Part shown: positions 55,991 through 62,689 of the stretch, in pieces | How positions within the stretch are numbered: position 1 is the stretch's first letter | Layout: every line of letters begins with the position of its first letter | NCBI GenBank assembly: GCA_026710545.1 | Contig: JAPOQU010000095.1 | Coordinates: 4,932 to 68,931 of the forward strand | Direction of reading: 5' to 3' | Source: Gammaproteobacteria bacterium | Lineage (GTDB): Bacteria; Pseudomonadota; Gammaproteobacteria; Eutrophobiales; Eutrophobiaceae | Length of the DNA: 64,000 nt | Translations under genes and position numbers: made by a program | Notes under the pieces: model-generated | Seen by the model: the letters and a program-made list of their open reading frames with translations, nothing else | Databases searched by the model: none | What the model was told of the DNA's origin: nothing

Positions 55991-56148
55991 TGTCGAAACA
56001 GTATCTCGTTTGTGACCTTTCCCGCAGCCGTCTTGTAGGTCAGTTCAAGCGCCTCGGAACCGAACCAGCGAACGTTGACTACGGTGACGGTCTCATTGGA
56101 AAGAATGCCTTCGACCGTGCTGTTGGCCTGGAGGTCTTCGAGTTTCAT
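55930..56148 (-). pseudogene. orphan N-terminal gene fragment running into the TBDR fragment in another frame
   Basis: 72-aa ORF: MKLEDLQANSTVEGILSNETVTVVNVRWFGSEALELTYKTAAGKVTNEILFR... The pattern recalls, from memory, the small N-terminal beta domain of some large defence-island helicases. This is unverified. Confidence 0.3.
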
Positions 56149-56285
56149 GTCGTTTTTACTGTTGCCATTATCATCGTCACGAGTGCATTCTAGTCTTTAA
56201 TGGAGTAGCATGAAACCTGACGCAGTGAGCGGCATGACGCTGTAAACAGTGTTGAACAATCAAACCACGATTTCGGGACGGAAAT

Positions 56286-57920
56286 ATGAGTGATTACATG
56301 AACGAAGGGTCGCTCGAACTTGAAGTGACTGATTTCGGGCCGATCATTCAGGCTAATATCGAGTTGCGTCCTTTCACGGTCTTCGTTGGTCCGAGCAACA
56401 CCGGGAAATCCTGGATGGCTGTCCTGAGTTACGCGTTGCACCGGTATTTCAGTGAAGCGAAGAGACTGGAACCTCTTCGCCCTGATCAGATCTGGCGAGC
56501 CCTGTATACCGGCGGTACGAATGGACCAGACCAGGGGCGCCGTGAGGCTCGAATATCCAGAAAACACGAAGACGTTCTATCCAGCGCGCCGGTTGATGCT
56601 CTTCTTACCTGGGCAAAGCAGGAGCTCAGTGATGGGACCCGAATGCACGATTTGTTTGGAAACAGTCAAACACCACCTGACCAGAAGTCTTTTGTTATTC
56701 CTGAGCAGATTACAGAACCGGTTCAATGGATATTCAACACACAAGGTGGCCCTCTTGGTCACGAAATTCGCAGGTGCTTTGGCGTCGACGGTATTGACAG
56801 ACTGGTTCGAAAATCAAGTAGAACCGGGGCGCAGGTTGCTATTCGCCGTCATTTCTCAGACGATACACAACCTCTTGAGCATAGGCTGACGATCAGGTCA
56901 CAAAAAACGATCTTTGAAACAATGGTGCCTGAGGGTATTGGATTTCCAGGAGATCGTTACTTTGAACTTAAGGAACAATTCAGTGAACTTATTAGTCACC
57001 TTTCTGATATAACACATGGCCCAGATATTGATATAAATGATCCGGAAATCCGAAGCTCTTGCTGGCCCTTGATCAGTACTATAGCCGACTTCATCAAGCC
57101 TTATCTCTTCGGCCCATTAAATCTTCGCGCTTTCTATCTCCCCGCCGACCGAACCGGAGTGATGCATGCGCATAGAGTGGTCGTCAGCGCGCTGATCGAA
57201 GGAGCAACGATGGCTGGTGTGCGCCCAGCTGCGCGCGCGCCCATGCTGTCGGGCGTGCTGGCGGATTTTCTTGAACAACTGATTGAAATCGACCGACCTC
57301 CATACCGGCATGAGGAATCCTGGAACTGTCATGCCGCACAGATCGAAAAAGCGATTTTAGAGGGCTCGGTGCGTGTAGACTGGGCGGCTACAACAGGCTA
57401 CCCTCGCTTCACTTATCAGCCGACAGGATGGAAAGACGAACTGCCGCTATTAAATGCCTCCTCCATGGTGTCGGAACTGGCGCCGGTGGTGTTATACCTG
57501 CGCCACAGGATCAGACCCGGTAATCTGCTGATAGTTGAGGAACCGGAGTCTCACCTCCACCCGGGTATGCAGGTCGAATTCATACGCCAGCTTGCGGCGT
57601 TGGTTAAATCGGGCGTCAGGGTACTTATTACCACACACAGTGAATGGGTGCTTGAGGAACTCGCGAACATAGTGCGGCGTTCCCGACTTCCTTCTGGCGA
57701 GCGGGATAAGCTGGAACACGGAGATTGTGCGCTACGCCCCGACCAGGTGGGGGCATGGTTATTCAAGAAGAAGAACCGCCCAAAGGGTTCCGTAGTGGAG
57801 GAAGTGAAACTGGATGATGAAACAGGCCTCTATCCAACCGATTACGACGAAGTAAGCGAATCGCTGTATAACGAGAGCGTAAACATATTTAATCGAATCC
57901 AGGATATTGAACACGGATGA
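56286..57920 (+). CDS. ABC/SMC-like AAA ATPase (AAA_15/AAA_21-type, as in OLD/Septu/PARIS-class defence ATPases)
   Basis: 544-aa ORF. It has Walker A GPSNTGKS near the N-terminus, a long helical insert, YLPADRTG, Walker B LLIVEEPESHLHP, and the H-loop ITTHS. Confidence 0.8.
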   Translation: MSDYMNEGSLELEVTDFGPIIQANIELRPFTVFVGPSNTGKSWMAVLSYALHRYFSEAKRLEPLRPDQIWRALYTGGTNGPDQGRREARISRKHEDVLSSAPVDALLTWAKQELSDGTRMHDLFGNSQTPPDQKSFVIPEQITEPVQWIFNTQGGPLGHEIRRCFGVDGIDRLVRKSSRTGAQVAIRRHFSDDTQPLEHRLTIRSQKTIFETMVPEGIGFPGDRYFELKEQFSELISHLSDITHGPDIDINDPEIRSSCWPLISTIADFIKPYLFGPLNLRAFYLPADRTGVMHAHRVVVSALIEGATMAGVRPAARAPMLSGVLADFLEQLIEIDRPPYRHEESWNCHAAQIEKAILEGSVRVDWAATTGYPRFTYQPTGWKDELPLLNASSMVSELAPVVLYLRHRIRPGNLLIVEEPESHLHPGMQVEFIRQLAALVKSGVRVLITTHSEWVLEELANIVRRSRLPSGERDKLEHGDCALRPDQVGAWLFKKKNRPKGSVVEEVKLDDETGLYPTDYDEVSESLYNESVNIFNRIQDIEHG

Positions 57921-58387
57921 AGGGACGTGTAAGGGGATTGTCTCGTACAGTTCCTGATTGCTGCAGCGCTGACCGCTGCGATAGAGATGGTTGCAAGATG
58001 AGCTTGGTTGGCGCGCCGCCAAAGCGCGTCGTGATTGATATGGATTGCCGGAATCATCAAGTTCAGGATGATCAAAATCGATGTGATTACCTGTTTATCG
58101 GCGAAGAAAATAACACCAGGTGGGTAGCGCCCATCGAGTTGAAGAGCGGTAGGGTGAAGAGCGTTACTGCCGTCAGGAAGCAGCTCGAAGGTGGCGCGAA
58201 AGCTGCGGACGACTGGCTCAAAAAAAGCATTCCGTTTCAATTTATTCCGGTTTTAGTACATGGCAAGACTATCCAAAAAAATGACCTCAGGAGGCTTCGT
58301 TCTGAAATAATCCAGTTGCGCGGCAAGAGGAGAAGAATCGCCCTTTTAAAGTGTGGCGACCAACTGGCAAAAGCGTTCCGACCATGA
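57917..58387 (+). CDS. small Cys-rich protein with a PD-(D/E)xK-like core
   Basis: 156-aa ORF with an ATGA overlap with the ATPase. The N-terminus has CCSADRCDRDGC, followed by RCDYLFIGEENNTRWVAPIELKSG (a D...ExK arrangement like Hjc/NucS-type nucleases). Confidence 0.45.
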   Translation: MKGRVRGLSRTVPDCCSADRCDRDGCKMSLVGAPPKRVVIDMDCRNHQVQDDQNRCDYLFIGEENNTRWVAPIELKSGRVKSVTAVRKQLEGGAKAADDWLKKSIPFQFIPVLVHGKTIQKNDLRRLRSEIIQLRGKRRRIALLKCGDQLAKAFRP

Positions 58388-58473
58388 CACAGACAGCCTT
58401 AAAGAAACCTGAACTGCTGTCCGACGCGTAATAATTTACCTCGCTGTAACCATGATTGCACTCTGATCCAAAA

Positions 58474-58628
58474 CAGGTGGCTTAACAGTGATTGTGATAG
58501 CACGCAATCTAGAACACCCATAAATTTATGTTGTCCTGATTCTCTATTTTATGGGTGTCCCAAATTAAGAAATCGATCGAGTCTGACCCCATTGATTCGA
58601 ACAAGTGGCTTAGCGGCGATTATGATAG
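58474..58628. repeat. 27-bp imperfect direct repeats (58474-58500 / 58602-58628) flanking an 11-bp-stem hairpin (58514-58558)
   Basis: CAGGTGGCTTAACAGTGATTGTGATAG versus CAAGTGGCTTAGCGGCGATTATGATAG. The hairpin is ACACCCATAAA-N23-TTTATGGGTGT. Confidence 0.65.
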
Positions 58629-58672
58629 GATATTTATAGTCAGCCTAACAACGCTCAGTAACAGGACAACCC

Positions 58673-59515
58673 ATGAAATACGTCGAACCCACCAGCCTGT
58701 CCGAAGCGCTTGAGATTCTTGCGGGCGACGACGAGGCCCGTTGTCTCGCCGGCGGCGCCACCCTGGTGGCCATGCTGAATGCGGACCTGGTTGAGCCTTC
58801 GACGCTTATCGGACTGCGCCGTATCGATGAACTTGCCGGTATTACGGCAACTGGTGATCAATTACGTATCGGCGCCATGACGACCCACGCGCAGATTGCC
58901 GTGGATGGCAGGCTGACGGGCAACGCGGCCGTCGTCAGGGATGCCGCAAGGCAGATAGCCCATCCGGCAATCCGTAACATGGGCACCATCGGCGGGGCGA
59001 TCTGCCACGCCGATCCAAATGCCGACTTTCCCGGCGCCCTGGTCGCAGCCAATGCCGTGCTGGTAGCGGCCGGTCAGTCGGGGACAAGACAGATCCCGGC
59101 TGATGAATTTTTCCTGGACTACCTGGAAACTTCCCTGGAAGAGGACGAGATCCTCAGCGCAGTGATGCTACCCGTTGAGCCTTCCGGCGCCGGGGCCAGA
59201 CACCTTAAATTCAGCCGTACCCACGGCGATTACGCCACTGTTTCCATCTCCCTGGTGCTGGTCTTGGATGCAGGCGCATGCAGTTACGCCAGGGTGGCGG
59301 TCGGTTCGGTGGGTCCGACACCCTTGCACCTGACCGAAGTAGATGAAATTCTGACGGGTTCGGACCTGGCCGGGGAGACAATCAGGCAGGCAGGCCGGAA
59401 ACTGATGGAGGCCGCCGACCCTGTCGATGACGTGCGCGGCAGTGCAGAGTACCGGCGCATGATCATCCCGGGACTGTTGCAGCGGGCCGTGGACGAACTG
59501 CGGGAAGTTGGGTGA
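58673..59515 (+). CDS. FAD-binding medium subunit (CoxM-like, set 2)
   Basis: 280-aa ORF with Y..P.SL.EAL and LAGG.TLV blocks. Confidence 0.85.
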   Translation: MKYVEPTSLSEALEILAGDDEARCLAGGATLVAMLNADLVEPSTLIGLRRIDELAGITATGDQLRIGAMTTHAQIAVDGRLTGNAAVVRDAARQIAHPAIRNMGTIGGAICHADPNADFPGALVAANAVLVAAGQSGTRQIPADEFFLDYLETSLEEDEILSAVMLPVEPSGAGARHLKFSRTHGDYATVSISLVLVLDAGACSYARVAVGSVGPTPLHLTEVDEILTGSDLAGETIRQAGRKLMEAADPVDDVRGSAEYRRMIIPGLLQRAVDELREVG

Positions 59516-59554
59516 GCGAAATATTGAATTCGAAGTCGTCGTACTGCCGTAAAA

Positions 59555-59638
59555 CGTCATTCTGGCGGAAGCCAGAATCCAGCGAATCCACGCGGCTGCA
59601 TGTCATTCCACTGGATTCTGGCTTCCGCCAGAATGACG
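59555..59638. repeat. 84-bp composite palindrome of the REP-like family (copy 4)
   Basis: CGTCATTCTGGCGGAAGCCAGAATCC...GGATTCTGGCTTCCGCCAGAATGACG. Each arm itself contains a TTCTGGC-GGAA-GCCAGAA hairpin. Confidence 0.85.
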
Positions 59639-59688
59639 ACTTAAACCTGGATGACGACTTAACCCTGAATGACGGCTTAAACCTGAAT
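59632..59688 (+). repeat. 18-bp tandem repeat x3 (AATGACGACTTAAACCTG-like)
   Basis: Units lie at 59632, 59650 and 59668. The first unit overlaps the end of the palindrome. Confidence 0.85.
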
Positions 59689-59694
59689 TATGGT

Positions 59695-62097
59695 GTGAGC
59701 CGGCGGAAATTTTTGAAACAGACCGGAGGGCTGACCTTTTGCTTCGCCTTTGCCGGTTTTTTCGGTAACGGCGGCACATATGCTGCCGAGTCGAACCCTA
59801 CTCCGGGGCCGGCGATGGCCGAGTTCAACGCCTACGTACGCATTTCTCCCGACGGGACGGTGACCATTATCAATCCCGCTGCGGAAATGGGGCAGGGCGT
59901 CATGACTGCCCTGCCCGTCATCGTCGCGGAGGAACTGGACGTGGAATGGGATGACGTGCGCATTGAATCCTCCCCGCCCATCGGCGAGGTCTATGGCGAT
60001 CCCCTGTTCTTCAACAGGATTTTTACCACCTCCAGCAGAACAGTCGCCAATTACTATGAGCGCCTGCGCAGGTTCGGCCGTGACGCGCGACAGGTGTTGC
60101 TGGAAAACGCCGCGGGGAAATGGGGCGTACCCGTAGCGGAATTGAGGACCGCGCCCAGCCTGGTCATACACGACAAATCCGGACGCAGTATCAGTTACGG
60201 CGAGATCGCCGCGTTCGCGCATATCTCCGCTGACAGCGCCGCCCCGGGAGAGACCCCTGGCGAGATTGGCGCATCCGCGGGAACCCTTGACAACCAACCG
60301 ATTCAGTTCAAGGCCAGGGAAAATTATCGGCTGGTGGGCAGGAACGTCCCCCGCCGGGACCTGCCCGGGAAAGTTACCGGAACGGCGCAATACAGCATGG
60401 ACGCCCGGCCTGCGGGTATGGTTTACGCTGCGGTATCCAGGGCGCCCGTTGAAGGCGCTGCCTTGCGCGCCGTCAATGAACGCGACGCGCGCAGTATCAG
60501 CGGCATTATTGACGTGATCAAACGGTCTGAATCCGTAGCGGTCGTCGCCACCAGCTATCCGGCTGCCCTGAAAGCACGCGACAGGCTTGAAATCTCCTGG
60601 CATGAAGTGGAAGGCATGAGCCACTTCAACAGCGACGAATCGATGCAGGAACACCGAGCGGCGGCGCGGGACCTGTCACGGAACGGTTTTCCCTGGGACG
60701 TACAGGGTGACATTACCTCGCTGGAGCGGGGACAGAATGCCCTCGAACCGGGTACTCTACGAGACACGCAGGGTGACGTTGCCGCACCGGGTCGGGGACA
60801 GGTTGCCCTTGAGCCGAGGGTTTCACGGGATGCGCAGGATGATATGTCTACACCGGCGGACGAAGCAACACGGGTCTGTTCGGCAGAATACTGGACGGAT
60901 TACGTCTACCACGCGCAGATGGAACCGCTGAACGCGGTGGTGTCGGTCACCGACGCCGGAAAGAAAGCCGAGGTCTGGGCAGGGACCCAGGCGCCGGCAA
61001 ATACAGTCGACGCGGTTGCCAAAATCCTGGATATCCCCGGGAACGACGTCAAACTCAACCGCTCCCTGCTGGGCGGAGGGTTTGGCCGGCGCACTGTGCC
61101 CTCTATGGATTTCGTAGTCGATGCGGCCTGGCTGTCGAAGCTGCTACGGCGACCGGTGAAAGTGGTCTGGACCCGGGAGGATGACCTCCGCAGCGGGCAC
61201 CTCAAGCCCATGACGGCCCATTTCCTGCGCGCCGCGGTCGACGACCAGGGTAAAATCTGCGCGTGGCAGCATCGGGTGGCCAGTGATGAGGCCATCAAAC
61301 TGCTGGACCGGCCCAGTTACGAGGCATTCGGCAAAGTCCCCATCACGTCCATGCTGGGTTCTTCACATCACGGCATGGATCGTTCCATCGGCGACGCCTA
61401 CGACCTGCCCCAACGCCTGGTCGAGCATATTCCCATGGACACGGGTGTACGCCTCTATCCCGTGCGCGGCGTGGGCGCGACACCCAACAACCTGGCCATC
61501 GAATCCTTTCTGGATGAAATAGCCGCGCAGCGAAACATCGATCCCGTTGACCTTCGCCTGCGGCTCCTGCATAAGTCGGCACGCGGCAGGCGCATTATCG
61601 AGACCGTTGCCGGGATGGCCGATTGGACACGTGCGCGGCCGGGTCGTGCGCTTGGCATTGCCTATACCCACTACGTGGATACCGTCGCCGCGGCGATAGC
61701 CGAGATTTCCTGTGATCACACGAGTGAAAAAATCATCGTCCACAACGTCTGGATTGCAGCCGATGTCGGCCTGGCCATCCAGCCCGACAACGTCAGGGCG
61801 CAACTGGAGGGCGCTATGATCCACGGCCTGGGTTATGCCCTGTCGGAACGCGTCACCATCAGAAACGGTTTGATACAACAACGTAATTTCCATGATTACT
61901 CCGTTATGCGGATGGCGGACGCGCCGGTTATCCATGTAGAACTGCTGCACAGCGACAGTGCGCCCACCGGCGTGGGTGAAACCGGCTCAATCCTGGCGCC
62001 GGCAACCGTGGCCAATGCCTTTGCCGTACTGACCGGCAAGCGCCTGCGCCATATACCGTTTACTCCGGACAGGATCCGGCAAGTATTGCGTACCTGA
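59695..62097 (+). CDS. molybdopterin-binding oxidoreductase, IorB / aldehyde-oxidase beta-subunit-like, with Tat signal (set 2)
   Basis: A GTG at 59695 gives VSRRKFLKQTGGLTFCFAFAG (twin-arginine signal). The ORF-track start at 59512 would translate the repeat elements. Confidence 0.8.
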   Translation: MSRRKFLKQTGGLTFCFAFAGFFGNGGTYAAESNPTPGPAMAEFNAYVRISPDGTVTIINPAAEMGQGVMTALPVIVAEELDVEWDDVRIESSPPIGEVYGDPLFFNRIFTTSSRTVANYYERLRRFGRDARQVLLENAAGKWGVPVAELRTAPSLVIHDKSGRSISYGEIAAFAHISADSAAPGETPGEIGASAGTLDNQPIQFKARENYRLVGRNVPRRDLPGKVTGTAQYSMDARPAGMVYAAVSRAPVEGAALRAVNERDARSISGIIDVIKRSESVAVVATSYPAALKARDRLEISWHEVEGMSHFNSDESMQEHRAAARDLSRNGFPWDVQGDITSLERGQNALEPGTLRDTQGDVAAPGRGQVALEPRVSRDAQDDMSTPADEATRVCSAEYWTDYVYHAQMEPLNAVVSVTDAGKKAEVWAGTQAPANTVDAVAKILDIPGNDVKLNRSLLGGGFGRRTVPSMDFVVDAAWLSKLLRRPVKVVWTREDDLRSGHLKPMTAHFLRAAVDDQGKICAWQHRVASDEAIKLLDRPSYEAFGKVPITSMLGSSHHGMDRSIGDAYDLPQRLVEHIPMDTGVRLYPVRGVGATPNNLAIESFLDEIAAQRNIDPVDLRLRLLHKSARGRRIIETVAGMADWTRARPGRALGIAYTHYVDTVAAAIAEISCDHTSEKIIVHNVWIAADVGLAIQPDNVRAQLEGAMIHGLGYALSERVTIRNGLIQQRNFHDYSVMRMADAPVIHVELLHSDSAPTGVGETGSILAPATVANAFAVLTGKRLRHIPFTPDRIRQVLRT

Positions 62098-62106
62098 GAG
62101 GAAATT

Positions 62107-62589
62107 ATGACTGATAAGCAAGCCGTGACATTATCCATAAATGGCGACTGCCATGATGTACTCGCAGACCCGCGCCGGACCCTGCTGCAGGTGCTGCGCG
62201 AACAACTCTCCCTGACCGGGACAAAATGCGGCTGTAACAACGGTGTATGCGGCAGTTGTACGGTATTGATTGACGACCTGCCCATGCGCGCCTGCCTGAC
62301 GCTGGCAGTAGCGGCAACGGACCGGGAGATCACCACCATCGAAGGACTGGAAACTGGCGGCGAACTGCATCCCGTACAACAGGCTTTTATAGAATACCAG
62401 GGTATGCAATGCGGATTTTGTACACCCGGTATGGTGATCGCCGCAAAAGCGTTGCTCGACAGAAACCCGGACCCGACTCTGGATGAAATCCGCGACGAAC
62501 TGAGCGGCAACCTGTGCCGTTGTACCGGTTATGTGAAAATAGCCGATGCGGTATTATCATTGGTCGATGCTGACCGGGGACAGAATTGA
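62107..62589 (+). CDS. [2Fe-2S] small subunit (CoxS-like, set 2)
   Basis: GCNNGVCGSCTV and CGFCTPG...NLCRCTGY motifs. The last codons and the stop lie inside the GGGGAC palindrome. Confidence 0.9.
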   Translation: MTDKQAVTLSINGDCHDVLADPRRTLLQVLREQLSLTGTKCGCNNGVCGSCTVLIDDLPMRACLTLAVAATDREITTIEGLETGGELHPVQQAFIEYQGMQCGFCTPGMVIAAKALLDRNPDPTLDEIRDELSGNLCRCTGYVKIADAVLSLVDADRGQN

Positions 62590-62600
62590 ATTCTGTCCCC
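62576..62600. repeat. GGGGACAGAATTGAATTCTGTCCCC palindrome (GGGGAC family)
   Basis: Identical to the copy at 21468-21492. Confidence 0.85.
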
Positions 62601-62642
62601 TTCGGCAGCGGCGCAGGGCGGGGGCGAAATTCAACCTGGTAC

Positions 62643-62667
62643 GGGGACGGAATTGAATTCCGTCCCC
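62643..62667. repeat. GGGGACGGAATTGAATTCCGTCCCC palindrome (GGGGAC family)
   Basis: Second copy, 42 bp after the previous one. Confidence 0.85.
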
Positions 62668-62689
62668 TTGTAACAGAAGGAGAGCAGGC

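Noticed and set aside
59632-59688. CRISPR array among the tandem or direct repeats (59632-59688, 38174-38269, 60703-60845).
   Set aside because: The repeat units abut directly or are far shorter than CRISPR repeats. There are no unique spacers of 25-40 bp and no cas genes.
59512-59694. ORF-track start at 59512 for the IorB-like subunit, and similar long N-terminal extensions at 8256, 10523, 12236, 22170, 24433, 25640, 27252, 27218, 32277, 35565 and 54849.
   Set aside because: The extensions overlap neighbouring genes or repeat elements. They look non-protein-like and precede obvious family N-termini or signal peptides that have their own start codons.
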